The notes below the pieces were generated by a model. It was not told where the DNA came from, ran no database searches, and saw only the letters and a program-made list of their open reading frames with translations. Source: Octopus bimaculoides (Eukaryota). From it: a stretch of 61,759 nt of DNA. The stretch lies in the NCBI RefSeq assembly GCF_001194135.2, contig NC_068996.1:35212911-35274669 (forward strand), given 5' to 3'. The position numbers were made by a program, and so were the translations under genes. This document shows positions 25,305 to 38,180 of the stretch, piece after piece. The first letter of the stretch is position 1. Each line of letters begins with the position of its first letter.

Positions 25305-25548
25305 AGAGAGAGACAGAACTAAAAAAATACTTTCAGCTATAAATCCAAATATATCTCAATACAGACATCAATTCATGAAATGAAGAAACTGTACAACATT
25401 GAAAAATGGTATTGTATAGAGTGGACCAAAGAAGAAAAGGTGGTAGGTGATCTTAGAATGCGGAACCTCACCAAAGAGATGATAAAGAGTCACAAGTGGT
25501 GAAATGCCTTGATGCAAGCATGGAAAAATAGACATGATGATGATGATG

Positions 25549-25593
<45 letters not shown>

Positions 25594-26443
25594 CGCGCAC
25601 GCAAGTATCTGTCATGTGTATGCGTGTGCGTGCATGTGTGTGTATTGCAGCACAGCTAATAGCACAACTAATTAAAAAGTGAATTAGCCTAGATGTGATG
25701 AAGTTTGGCCTTTTACAAGTAAGAAGGACTGCTAATACCATCATCCTAGTGAGACTCCCCAGAAGCATTCCATTAAGAACACATTACTACATCTACCATT
25801 CAGTGCCTGAAAGAGGTCCTTTGAGAGTTTTCATTGTGTGAATAGCTATGTGGTTCAGAAATTGACATCACCATGACATGATTTAAGGTCAGATTCCAGC
25901 ACTTGGTGCTTTTCTTCTAGTATAACGTCAAGAGAACCCAAGCCTTGTCAGTGAAATGGAGAAAAAGGAAACCATTGAAACCATTTCTAGGATAGCAGAT
26001 TAAGTCTTGAACTGTTGGTCAGGGTTGGTAAACTGAAACATCATCCACTTTAGCACCACCACCTAGTCCTTGGATGCCAAGAGTCCATCCTGTTGTAAAT
26101 ATTCAGAATCCATCTGTGACCTAAAGAGGTTGTTGTGAGGTGGCTTGCAGCAACCACCCCCAACTTTCGATTTTTCCTTCCATTTTAACTCCATCCACCC
26201 CTACTAGTCTTGGAGACTCCACAGAAAAGTCATTGATGTTGCTGAATCCTAAATTCAGAAGGGGAAGAAAAATAAGAGTTAAAGAGACAGTAATGTTTCC
26301 AAAACACAGAAAACGGTTCTCTTGCTTTTTAAACTTCTACCTTAACCAGTCACCAAATACTAACAAGGAAACATCATATTTATTGCTTGACCTGTTAGAA
26401 ATAGTAACAAATTCTCCCTTAAATCCTACCCTGCCATCATATA

Positions 26444-26647
26444 CAAGGGGGTGTTGAAAAGTTCCTGGATTTAAGAGTATCATTAAAGGCCTGGTTGGAA
26501 GCCTAACCTTCCAAGTTCTTTTACAGGGCTTAGAAAAACTGAAGTACTGCTGCAATAAGTGTGTGGATATGTTGAATAAAATCATAATCAACTGATCCGC
26601 CTATATTTTCTTTTACCCAAAGCTAGGAACTTTTCAGCACCCCCTCG
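26444..26647. mobile_element. 204-bp mariner-type MITE
   Basis: 25-bp TIR C(A/G)AGGGGGTG(T/C)TGAAAAGTTCCT(G/A)G with 3 mismatches. TA at 26442-43 and 26648-49. Confidence 0.88.
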
Positions 26648-27751
26648 TATGAAGGACATATTGGATTATGTAGCCTAGAGTACACTACACCGAGGAAGAA
26701 CAAAAAACAAGATGGTTACAGCTGGGATAATGGGTCTGATGAGGTGAGGTTGGGTCAAGATTAAAAAACAGTAACCAAACATTTGCCCATACATCCAGTG
26801 GAAGAATCTAATTATGAAATGATCTGAGAGTGAATATTGGATCTACTTAACAGCCAGAATGATAGAACTACCAATCAAGAACCAATTGACCAGTCAGTTC
26901 AGCCTGTGAGACCAAACTGCCTGAGGACATTGTTGATGCGTGAAAAACAAAGCGGAGCAAATGCATTTGAGGGAATGTGTGTGTTTTTATGTATGTACGC
27001 TTTTGTGTGTATGTTTAAGTGTGAAAGAGACAGGTTTTGCATGTGTGTGTGGTGGTGGGGTACAATTACTTGAATATCTGTAGAAGTGACTGTGAACAAT
27101 CAGATTGTCATACAAGTTCAGGCACCACCTAAGTACAAATATTGATTCCTAAACACACTGGGACAAGGTTCCAAATGTTAGTGATGGTGGTGGGTGGTGG
27201 TGGTAGTGGGTAGACCATTATGTTCAGTCCCTCCTATCACCACTACCACCTCCAGTCCATGATTGGTATTTTTATTTCATCAAATTGTGAAGAATAAAAT
27301 GCAAAGTCCACCTTGGCTGAATCTGAACTCCAAATCATAACTTGATACAGCAAAACCTTTTGTCCAATTCTCTAACAATTCTGAAATATTGGCAAATGAT
27401 CATAGATCACCTATTCACACACACACAATGGAGAAGAAAAGTGTTTCTTAATAATGACATATGAAATTGTTATATTTGAGAGTTGTAGTTAATTAAAGCC
27501 TTTGAGCACATTCACCAGTTGTTGCTTGTCTATTTTTTTCTTCTATCGACTAATCTAGTGCCCTCAACATTCTTGGCCTTGTGCCTATTCAGAAAACATT
27601 ATTATTATTACTATTTCTTCTGGGCCCTGTTTCTTTCAGAGTTCAAATGCCATTGAGGTTGACTTTTCCTTTCAGCCTTTTGGGACTGAAGTACCAATCA
27701 AGTTTTGGAGTCGGTGGTCTCAACTAACCCCTACCACTAAAATTTGAAAGA

Positions 27752-27783
<32 letters not shown>

Positions 27784-29146
27784 TATCATCATTATTATTC
27801 AAGGTGATGAGTTGGCAAAATCATTAGCAAGCTGGATGCCGAGGTTGACTTTGCCTTTCAACCTTTTGGGGTCGAGAAATTAAGCACCAGTATAGCAGAA
27901 AGGATTATTATTATTATTTGATTATTGATGGTGATGAGCAGGCAGAATCATTAGCACACTGGATGAAATGCTTAGCCATATTTCACTCATCGCTATGTTC
28001 CGAGTTCAAGTTCTGCCAAGGTTGACTTTGCCTTTCATCCTTTCAGGGTCAATAAATTAAGTACCAGTGAAATACTGGAGTTGATTTAATCTACTAGTCC
28101 TCTTGCCACAAATTTCAGGCTTTCTGCCTTTAGTAGAAAAGATTATTATTATATAATCGATAGAACATCAGACAAAATACTTTGCACTATATTTTCTGCT
28201 CATTATATTCTGGGTTCAAGTCCTGCTGAGATTAACTTTGCCTTTTATCCCTCAGAGATCAATAAAATTAAGTACTGGTCATATACTGAGGTAAATTTTA
28301 ATAGCCTAACCCTTTCCCCACCTAGGTTAGAAACTGACCAGAAGAAATATTATAATTATTCTTTTCAATGCAGTAAGCTAGCAGAATCATTACACCACAC
28401 TAGACAAAATGGTTAGTGGCATTTCACTAGAGATCAAATTTTGCCGAAGTCAATTTTACCTTTCATCCTTTTGGGGGTCAATAAAGTAAGTACCAGTCAA
28501 GTCCTGAGGTTGATGTAATTAACTTCCCACAAAAACTGCTGGCCCTGTGCCAAAATTTGAGACCAATATTATTATGTTGGCAGAATCAGTAAAGCATTGG
28601 AGAAAATGCTTTATGGTTTATCTGATTTTTTTACATACTGAGTTCAAATCCAGTTGAGGTCAAATTTGTCCTAGGCTCAATAAAATAAAGTACCAGTCAA
28701 ATATTGGAGATAACAGTATCAACTAAATCCTCTCAAAATTACTAAACTTATGCCTGAATTCAAAACAATTATTCTATGTATTGAGGTCAAATTCTGCTGA
28801 CATCAACTTTGTCTTTCATCCTTTCAGAGTCGATAAAATAAGTACCAGTTAAGTACTGTAGTCAATGTAATCAACTTACTCACTTCCCCAAAGTTTCTAG
28901 TCTTATGCCAAAATTTGAAACCATTATCATTATTAAGGCGGCAAGATGGCAGAATTATTAGCACTCCAGACAAAAAGCTTAGCAGCATTTCATTTGTCTT
29001 TACATTCTGAGTTCAAATTCCACTGGGGTAAACGTTGCCTTTCATGGTCAATAAAATAAGCACCAGTTATGTACTGGGGTCAATGTAATTGACTTACCCC
29101 ACTCCTCTGAACTTGCTGGCCCTGTGCCAAACTTTGAAACCATTAT

Positions 29147-29515
29147 TATTACCTCCGCCTTAATGAAAGCAGAGGTATTGTTTTCAGTCGTGTTTGCTTG
29201 TTTGTCTGTGGACAGGATATCTCAAGAATTGCTGGATGGATTTGGACGAAACTTTCAGGGATGTTTGGCCTCATGACTAGCACAACCTGATTAGATTTTG
29301 GGATTGATCAAGGACTAGACAAGAATTCTGGATTATTTTTCCGGTTTATTTTACTTAATTTTTGAGAGTGGTTGTGTTCATTTTTAGTATTCTCGTTTGT
29401 GAGAGCAGTTGAGTTTATTTCAGATATTCTCATTTTAAAAATCATCTCTGGCTAATTGTTGAGAGGATGTTAGTGTTGCCTTGGTGGAGTTTTACGCTCT
29501 CTGAGTGCTCTTGTT
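29147..29515 (+). mobile_element. Helentron-associated non-autonomous element (HINE/DINE-like)
   Basis: 5' end ttattacctccgcc...gcagaggtattgttttc, 3' end gccttggtggagttttacgctctctgagtgctcttgtt. Subterminal inverted repeats, inserted in TT, no TSD. Confidence 0.75.
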
Positions 29516-29769
29516 ATTATTACTATATAAGGTGGCTAGCTGGTGAAATCGTTAGCACACCAGGCAAAATGCTTGATGGCATTTCTTCTATCTTTATGTT
29601 CTGAGGTCAAATTCTGCCAAGATCTACTTTGCCTTTCATCCTTTCAGGGTCAATAAATTAAGTACCAGTGAAACACTGGGGTCAATGTAATCAACTAGTC
29701 CTCTCCTACCAAATTTCAGGCCTTGTGCCTTTATTAGGAAAGATTATTATTATTGATAAATTAAGTACC

Positions 29770-30098
29770 ACTATAGCCTTGGACCAACCAAAGCCTTGAG
29801 TGGATTTGGTAGACGGAAACTGAAAGAAGCCCATTGTATATATATATATATGTATGTATATATATGTGTGTGTGTGTGTATATGTTTGTGTTTGTCCCCC
29901 CCCCCCAACATCGCTTGACAACCGATGCTGGTGTTTACGTCCATGTCACCTAGTGGTTCGGCAAGAGCGACCGATAGAATAAGTACTAGGCTTACAAAGA
30001 ATAAGTCCTGGGGTCAATTTGCTTGACTAAAGGCGGTGCTCCAGCATGGCTAAAGTCAAATGACTGAAACAAATAAAAGAATAAAGAAAAAGAAAGAA
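29770..30098 (+). mobile_element. Family A SINE, 5'-truncated and CpG-rich (young)
   Basis: Contains acatcgcttgacaaccgatgctggtg and ctaaaggcggtgctccagcatgg. Confidence 0.88.
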
Positions 30099-30331
30099 TA
30101 CCAATCAATACTGGGGTTGATGTAATTGACTATCCCCCTCCCAACAAACTCCAGGCCTTGTGCCTATATTAGAAAGGTTTATTATTATTATTATTATTCA
30201 GGCAAGGTTTATTTGATGGGGTGAATGAGCTAATGTACACCACATACATTTGATCACTATAAACAAATCATTTGTGCAGGATGTTCAGCAAAAAAGCTGA
30301 ACACTCATACGTCATCTTTGATGGGAGAGGC

Positions 30332-30365
<34 letters not shown>

Positions 30366-32700
30366 ATATAAAATGGTTGAATGGGTTAAAATCTATTATA
30401 TATCCTCATATCCCTTTTTGTCATATTTTCTAATCCTGCCACTCATTCTTCCAGTGTTGGTAACGTGAAGTAACAGTGAAGTACTAGGATTGATGTAATT
30501 TAATGTAATTAACTTTAATTAACTGTAATTTTGCATACAAAATTCTTGGCCTTGCACTTCATGGTTCAAATCAATATTATTATTATCATTGTTATTTTGT
30601 AACAAACACTGTCAATTTGTTGAAGACTGGGTTTTTTAATTCACTTGCATTATATTCCTGACATCATTTATTAATTACATTCATTAATCTGCACAAAAAA
30701 AAAAGCAATTTTTTTGGTTTGTTTTGTTTTGTTTTAAGTGCCAGAATATGAAGATGCTATTGCAAGTTAGAGGTATAATCTGTCTTAACTGAGAAAATAT
30801 TGATTTCAAATTTTGGCACAAGTTCAGGGGAAGGGTGGGGCTAGTCTGTTACATCAACCCCAATGCTTAACTGGTATTTTTTGTATCGACCTTGAAAGGA
30901 TGAATGACAAAGTCAATCCTAGTGGCATTTGAACTCCAAATGTAAAAACAAGTGAAATGCTGCTAAGCATTTTGCCTGGCATAGTAATGATTCTGCCAGC
31001 TTGCCGCCTTCTTAATTGTGAAAATATTGCTTGCTGGAATTAGTTTAGAATATTCAAAGAGTGATATTGATATAAATACATTGAGTAGGACTGGTTAGGT
31101 ATTACATAACTCCATGAAGTTGGATTGATTCATTGGTGCAGCAGAAGGAAAGCAGAGCCAAGGTTCATACAATAAAGATCATGCAGAAAAGTGGTAACGC
31201 AACTGAGTAGTAAAAGACAGGCAGCTGAGCCAAGGAATATGTAGTATAAGCCATGTTGTGGAGAGCCATGAGTATAACATGTGGATGGAGGAGAGTCGTA
31301 TGATAGAGGTGTGTTTTGTAGGTATAATCCGTTACCCATCTTAACATGATTATCACAATCACCATCATCTACAACATCACCACTACTTCCATCTACATCA
31401 GTCACTGCAACCCCCGCCCCCATCTACATCACTGCCATCACCACCACCTACCACAACAACACCCTGTTAGCCCTTGGGTAATTTCCTGATAAAACCATTT
31501 GGGTGAGGTCTCTGTCATTGGCTGAACCACTTCATACTGTTGTTTACCCTTGAGTTGTGGAAATTATCACCCTCTTCCCCTTCATTGGTTTTAGTGGTAG
31601 GAGGAGGTAGAAAGACCATTAGAGAAAGGCCATCAGCAACTGACCTTCTATGATCAAATCATTAAAAAAAATATAAACTGCATGAGGTAATGTGTGCATG
31701 CATGTACACATGAGTGTATGTATGTGGGCACACATGCAGATGAGTGGACAGGTATGTTTAATAGATAGTGATACATAAATACTAAAATACAGCATACTTA
31801 TATGTTTCAACATACACTACAAGGCGATGAAAATATTACGACTTGAAGACTTGAATAAAGCAGAGGCATAATTTATTCATAAAATAGAAGTGGAAAGGAA
31901 ATACAAAAAAAAAAAATATTTTAAAATGATACACACACACATTCTAAAAAGATACATATTTAAGCAGATGAACAGGCATGAATACACGTACACATCATAA
32001 ATACATATGCATACACAACACATAGATACTATGTGGTTGCACACACACACATAGACACAACACATATTCAAATGCATCTGCACACATACACATCACCGCA
32101 TGTATACATACAACGCAGTTTCACACACAAAAGAACATGTATACATTAACACAATAGCACATACATATACAAATGTAGCTACTCTCACATACCCATACAT
32201 ACACATATACATATCAACACATACATACAAATACAGCTGCACACACACACACACACACATCAAGTAGAGTTATTTGTGTTCTGATATTGATCTACCATCT
32301 GATGCCATGAAAAACAAAATGGAAATGGGAGAAGAGAAAATTGTTGGAATTAGGTTAAATATCGTATTATGGACGTTGCACTTAGATTAATAACACTGCA
32401 CTAGCAGAACAGAACACTAGAGAACTGAAAAGAAATGCAGAGTACTGCAAACTTTAGAGGACTTCTTTTACAGACCAAATATTCTTGTTTATTTCATTCC
32501 ATGTGGCCTATTTTCAAAGAAAACAGTAATTGTCAGTGAAGCATTTTAAAAAATGTTTGTCTCACTGTATGGGTTAATTAGGACTTGGGGATTAAGTTAA
32601 ACACTAGACGAGACTGGCAGTGGTCTGTGAAGGGAGAAACCACCACTACCACCCACTCCATCTACATCACTAGAAAATAAATCTATATGAATAATAATAA

Positions 32701-33116
32701 CAAGAAGAAGAAAAAATGCTTTCTAATTGATGTATCAATACCATCAGATGACGTTCCTCTAAAAGAAATGGAGAAACTTTCAAAATACAAAGACCTGGAA
32801 ATAGAGGTAACTCGAATGTGGCGTCTAAAAGCAGAGACAATTCCTATCATAGTAGGTGCCTTAGGTATAATAAAAAAATATTCAGACAAATACATAACAA
32901 AAACACCAGGACTTACAAATATATATAACATACAGAAAATTGCACTACTGGGTACTGCACACATCCTACGCAAAACACTTTCAATACAGTAACCATAAGA
33001 GCACCACAGCAAACCACAGCACATACCCAAGGTACACAGAGCTGAGCTCGGTAGTGAAGTGAAAGCACGTTATAAAAATAAAACGACTGAATAATAATAA
33101 TAATAATAATAATAAT
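32701..33116 (+). mobile_element. 5'-truncated R4/Dong-like non-LTR retrotransposon (RLE domain, 3'UTR, (AAT)9 tail)
   Basis: ORF 32687-32992 (KKKCFLIDVSIPSDD...EMEKLSKYKDL...MW...IPIIVGALG...IQKIALLGTAHILRK) is a restriction-like endonuclease C-terminus. The copy has (AAT)n on both flanks. Confidence 0.85.
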
Positions 33117-33700
33117 CCTTCATACTATAGGCACAAGGCCTGAAATTTTAGGGGAGGGGATCAGTTGATTACATCGGCCCCAGTGCATAACTGGTACTTT
33201 ATCAACCCTGAAAGGATGAGAGGCGTCTACTGTTGGCACAAAACCTGAATTTTGGAGGAAGGGGATAATCGATTACATCAAACCCCAATACTCAACTGGT
33301 ACTTGTTTTATCAACACTGAAAGGATGAAAGGCCAAGTCGACCTTGATGGCATTTGAACTCATAACAAAGACAGACAAAATGCTGCAAAGCATTTTGCCC
33401 AGAGTGCTAACGATTCTGCCAGCTCACAATAATAAAAAGGATTCCAGATTTTGGCACAAGGCCAGCAAGTTTGGGGAGGGAATCAGCCAATTACATCAAC
33501 CCAAGTGTTCAACTGGTACAGTTTTGTTTTCACCCTAAAAGGATGATAGCCAAGTCAACCTCAGCAGAATTTGAACTCAGAATGTGAGGACAGATGAAAC
33601 ATCACTAATCATTTTGCCTGGCATGCTAACAATTCTGCCAGCTTGCTGCTTTAATAATAGCAATCCTTTCTACAAAAGCACAAGGCCTGAAATGTTGGAG
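33117..33700 (-). mobile_element. Chain of about four family B SINEs
   Basis: Repeated aataat...ggcacaaggcc...gaaaggatg blocks in reverse orientation. Confidence 0.8.
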
Positions 33701-33710
33701 GAGAAGACTG

Positions 33711-33847
33711 TGTTTTAAAGCAGTTTTTATATGGTAGTGGTGATGTTGTAGATGATGGATGTGATAGTCATTTTAAGCAGGGTAACGGATTATGCCTACA
33801 AAACACACCTCTTAACTATACAATAGCATAAAAACTGCTTTAAAACA
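33711..33847. repeat. 137-bp element with perfect 20-bp inverted repeats
   Basis: tgttttaaagcagtttttat (33711-33730) and ataaaaactgctttaaaaca (33828-33847). The interior recurs inverted at ~31308-31385. Confidence 0.8.
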
Positions 33848-34004
33848 ATAGGTATATACATTTGTTATATATGCACTGGTGTAATACATGTAATACATTT
33901 ATGGGCCGTTATCAGCAGACATGTGGCATGGCAAAATGGTAGAACATGTTTCCTTTAATGCACAATTGTACAAATATTTCACTACAAACATTTTTATAAG
34001 ATAA

Positions 34005-34310
34005 ACAAGCTTGCTTCCCAACCATGAGGTCTTGAGCTAATCAAAGCCTTGTAAATAGTGGATTTGGTAAATGGAAATTGAATGAAGCCCAATATATATA
34101 TATATATGTTTGTCCCCTACCACTACTTGACAGCAGATGTTGGTTTGTTTGTGTCCATGTAAATTAGCTGTTTGGTAAAAGGAGACCAACAGAATAAGTA
34201 TCGGACTTAAAAATAAGTAGTGGAGTCAATTTCTTTGACAAAAACCCTTCAAGGAAGTGCCCAAGCATGGCCTCAGTTCAAAGACTGAAACAAGAAAAGG
34301 TATAAGATAA
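34005..34310 (+). mobile_element. Family A SINE, internally deleted
   Basis: Head caagcttgcttcccaacc, centre and 3' half present. Confidence 0.75.
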
Positions 34311-34334
34311 ACACTGTAATCTTCACACCCATTG

Positions 34335-34722
34335 NNNNNNNNNNNNNNNNNNNNNNNNNNNNNNNNNNNNNNNNNNNNNNNNNNNNNNNNNNNNNNNNNN
34401 NNNNNNNNNNNNNNNNNNNNNNNNNNNNNNNNNNNNNNNNNNNNNNNNNNNNNNNNNNNNNNNNNNNNNNNNNNNNNNNNNNNNNNNNNNNNNNNNNNNN
34501 NNNNNNNNNNNNNNNNNNNNNNNNNNNNNNNNNNNNNNNNNNNNNNNNNNNNNNNNNNNNNNNNNNNNNNNNNNNNNNNNNNNNNNNNNNNNNNNNNNNN
34601 NNNNNNNNNNNNNNNNNNNNNNNNNNNNNNNNNNNNNNNNNNNNNNNNNNNNNNNNNNNNNNNNNNNNNNNNNNNNNNNNNNNNNNNNNNNNNNNNNNNN
34701 NNNNNNNNNNNNNNNNNNNNNN
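34335..34722. other. Assembly gap (N); other gaps at 24886-24895, 36368-36903 and 40233-40347
   Basis: Runs of n. Confidence 1.
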
Positions 34723-34938
34723 TGTGTGTATGTTCGTGTGTCTATGTTTGTCCCCCTAACATCGCTTGACAACCGATGCTGATGTGTTTACGTCCCTGTA
34801 ACAGTGGTTCGGCCGATAGAATAAGTACTAGGCTTACAAAGAATAAGTCATGGGGTCGATTTGCTCGACTAAAGGCGGTGCTCCAGCATGGCCGTAGTCA
34901 AATGACTGAAACAAGTAAAAGAGTAAAAAGAGTAAAGA
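34723..34938 (+). mobile_element. Family A SINE 3' half after an N-gap
   Basis: Near-identical to 29880-30090. Confidence 0.85.
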
Positions 34939-34949
34939 ATATAAATTTC

Positions 34950-35330
34950 AGTTGTTTAGCCCCAGGTCAGGCCTGATTTAGTTAAACCAATGATCAAAGA
35001 TGTTCCAGCTGTGACCATCATATCTTTTATTCATACATAGTGCATGTAGGACTACATTATCTAATATATATCATAGTATTGGAAGCTGTAGTTGCTGATG
35101 TTTAGCCCCAGGTCAGTTCTGATCCAGCAGACAGACATATGATCAAAGATGTTCAAACTGTGCCCATCCCGTATTTTATTCAGACAGTGTATCTAGGATT
35201 ACATTATCTAATGTATGGCACAGTAGTCTATATTAGAGGCTATAGTTATTGTTTAGCCTTTGGTTAGTCCTGACCTAGCTGACCTATAGATCAAAAATAT
35301 TCCAGTTGTGACCATCTCATCTTTTACTTA
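34950..35330 (+). repeat. Three diverged tandem copies (~145 bp) of a dispersed repeat also seen at ~545-740, 48820-48980 and 59460-59620
   Basis: tgtttagccccaggtcag...atgatcaaagatgttccagctgtgaccatc repeated. Confidence 0.7.
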
Positions 35331-35734
35331 ATGTTTTTTATTAGGTGGGTGGATGTAATCTGATGGTGGTTTGGCTGCTATTACTAACAGGTCAAGTAAC
35401 TTGTAGAGGGGCCTTTACTGGGCAGTCTTTATAGATTGTAAATTTTATGTCAACAAAGGTGGAGAAAAGTTTTTAAGAATGTTAATGCAAATATTTAACA
35501 TGATAATGTCTGTATCATACACACACACACAAACACATGCACATGCACAGAATCTTCCAGTTAAATGACTCATATACAAGGTGCTAGGTGACCATAATGT
35601 CAAGATACATGGGAAATATCTGATATTCTGGGGGCTTTTTTCTTCTTTCTGCTGATTGAATATAAGTTTGTGATTTTCACCTATCGGACGTTAAAGAGTG
35701 ATGATAATGATAATGTATCCAGACCTTATGGTCA

Positions 35735-35798
<64 letters not shown>

Positions 35799-36333
35799 AT
35801 ATATGTGTATGTGTGTGTGTGAGCGTATGTGTGTGCATTTAAATTGAGTTACAATGCCAGGTTGTAATAGTTAACTTTCGCTTGCAGTATTATCTATTCT
35901 CACAGAAAAAATTCACACATACCAGCAACCACCCACCTACACGCTGCACACACACACACACACACACCCACACAAAGCCACTTTGATATCAATAGGATAA
36001 AATGTAAAGTCTTCAGAATAAATTAACACTGTCATGAATGCAATACATGGACATCTCAAAGACTCAGTCTTCAATGATTACGACAAAACTAATACAAAAA
36101 GGAGAAATTAGTTATCATGACTGAATAATTAATTGTAGCCCAATATTTATAGTTATTTATCTGTACAAGAATTTTTATAAGAAAATAATTTGATGTTGTC
36201 TCTTTCTATTTTTTTTCCCCCACGTGTACTTCAGTTGAGAAAGTTGCAAACTGTCATGACTCTTGTCCATCTGTTATCATCTGGTACACACACACTAACA
36301 AAGTAAGTTACCAGGAATTTGTCTGTGTCCGTG

Positions 36334-36367
<34 letters not shown>

Positions 36368-36903
36368 NNNNNNNNNNNNNNNNNNNNNNNNNNNNNNNNN
36401 NNNNNNNNNNNNNNNNNNNNNNNNNNNNNNNNNNNNNNNNNNNNNNNNNNNNNNNNNNNNNNNNNNNNNNNNNNNNNNNNNNNNNNNNNNNNNNNNNNNN
36501 NNNNNNNNNNNNNNNNNNNNNNNNNNNNNNNNNNNNNNNNNNNNNNNNNNNNNNNNNNNNNNNNNNNNNNNNNNNNNNNNNNNNNNNNNNNNNNNNNNNN
36601 NNNNNNNNNNNNNNNNNNNNNNNNNNNNNNNNNNNNNNNNNNNNNNNNNNNNNNNNNNNNNNNNNNNNNNNNNNNNNNNNNNNNNNNNNNNNNNNNNNNN
36701 NNNNNNNNNNNNNNNNNNNNNNNNNNNNNNNNNNNNNNNNNNNNNNNNNNNNNNNNNNNNNNNNNNNNNNNNNNNNNNNNNNNNNNNNNNNNNNNNNNNN
36801 NNNNNNNNNNNNNNNNNNNNNNNNNNNNNNNNNNNNNNNNNNNNNNNNNNNNNNNNNNNNNNNNNNNNNNNNNNNNNNNNNNNNNNNNNNNNNNNNNNNN
36901 NNN

Positions 36904-36936
<33 letters not shown>

Positions 36937-37223
36937 GTGTATGTATCTTTGTGTCCCCTATCACTGCTTAACAACTGGTGTTAGTGTGTTTACATCCCTG
37001 CAACTTAGCAGTTCGGCAAGGGTATTGATAAAATAAATACCAGGATTAGAAAAAATAAAAGGCACTGGGGTCAAATAATTTGACTAAAAATTCTAGGTGT
37101 CCGAGCATGGCCACAGTCAAATGACAATCAAATAAAAGATATAGATAAAAGATATATATATATATCTCAAATAAAAGATAAAAGATATATATCAAATAAA
37201 AGATATATATACATATATATATA

Positions 37224-37456
37224 TTGGGTTGGTGCATAATTATTGTGGCTTTTTTGCAGCAAATTTTATTCAACAAAAACTAACAATATTTTTAACTGAT
37301 GGTCTGACCATGTGCCAAACAAATGGGAAGCAGTAATTGAAGTAGATGGTGAATATGCTCTGGAATAATCACTTAAAGATGTTCTTGTTACACGTTATTG
37401 TTTTTGTTGTATAAAATTTGTTGAAAAAAAGCCACAATAATTATGCACCAACCCAA
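37224..37456 (+). mobile_element. 233-bp mariner deletion derivative
   Basis: Perfect 32-bp TIR TTGGGTTGGTGCATAATTATTGTGGCTTTTTT with TA TSD. The interior encodes PNKWEAVIEVDGEYALE*, resembling the mariner transposase C-terminus. Confidence 0.9.
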
Positions 37457-37734
37457 TATATATACACATACATATATATATCTGTATGTGTAAGTACGTA
37501 TATGTGTATGGTGTATGAGTGTATACATTTATATATTATGTATGTACGTAACTGATTAACATATTCTCTTATCTGAACAAAATGGAATTCATTTCATATT
37601 TAGATTCAGTCTTTAAAATGATGTTTCTAATGCAAAGCTTAACATTTGTGGCTTAAAATTTCACCTTACATGCCTATGGTTTCAAGTTTAGTCCTACAGT
37701 AAGAAACTTTAGGCAAATGTCTTAATATTTTCGC

Positions 37735-38180
37735 TCAGAGAAGGCAGTGAGCTGGCAGAATCATTAGCATGTCAAGCAAAATGCTTAACAGCATTTCATC
37801 CACCTTTACATTCAGAGTTCAAATTCCACCAAGGTTGACTTTATCTTTCAGAGTTGATAAAACAAGTGTCAGTTGAGCACTGGGGTGGGTGGTGGTATAT
37901 GTAATCAACTTATTCCCTTAAAATGCTAGGCTTGTGCTAAATTTTGAAATCAATACTTTTGGTTAGAAAAGGCAGCAAGCTGACAGAATCATTAACATGC
38001 CTGGCAAAATACTTAGCATTATGTCATTATGTTCTGAGTTCAAATTCTGCCGAGGTCAACTTTACCTTTCATCCTTTCGGGGTTGATAAAATAATCACCA
38101 GTTAAGCACTGGGGTCAATGTAATCAACTTCCCCACTTACCCAAAGTCTCTGGTCTTGTGCTAAAATTTGAAATAAATAT
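37735..38180 (+). mobile_element. Two tandem family B SINEs; further single copies at ~12820-12960 (-), 30800-31015 (-) and 53350-53550 (+)
   Basis: Both carry ggcagaatcatta...ctgagttcaaattc...ctttcatcctttc... Confidence 0.8.

Larger units (their letters stand above)
27630..30197 (+). mobile_element. Head-to-tail chain of about ten family B SINEs, each ending in (ATT)n, with a nested HINE and a family A SINE
   Basis: Units at roughly 27630, 27800, 27930, 28155, 28370, 28575, 28775, 28935, 29525 and 30100, all on the + strand and mutually diverged. Confidence 0.85.

Noticed and set aside
34323-36984. Long X-containing ORFs
   Set aside because: Artefacts of N-gaps.
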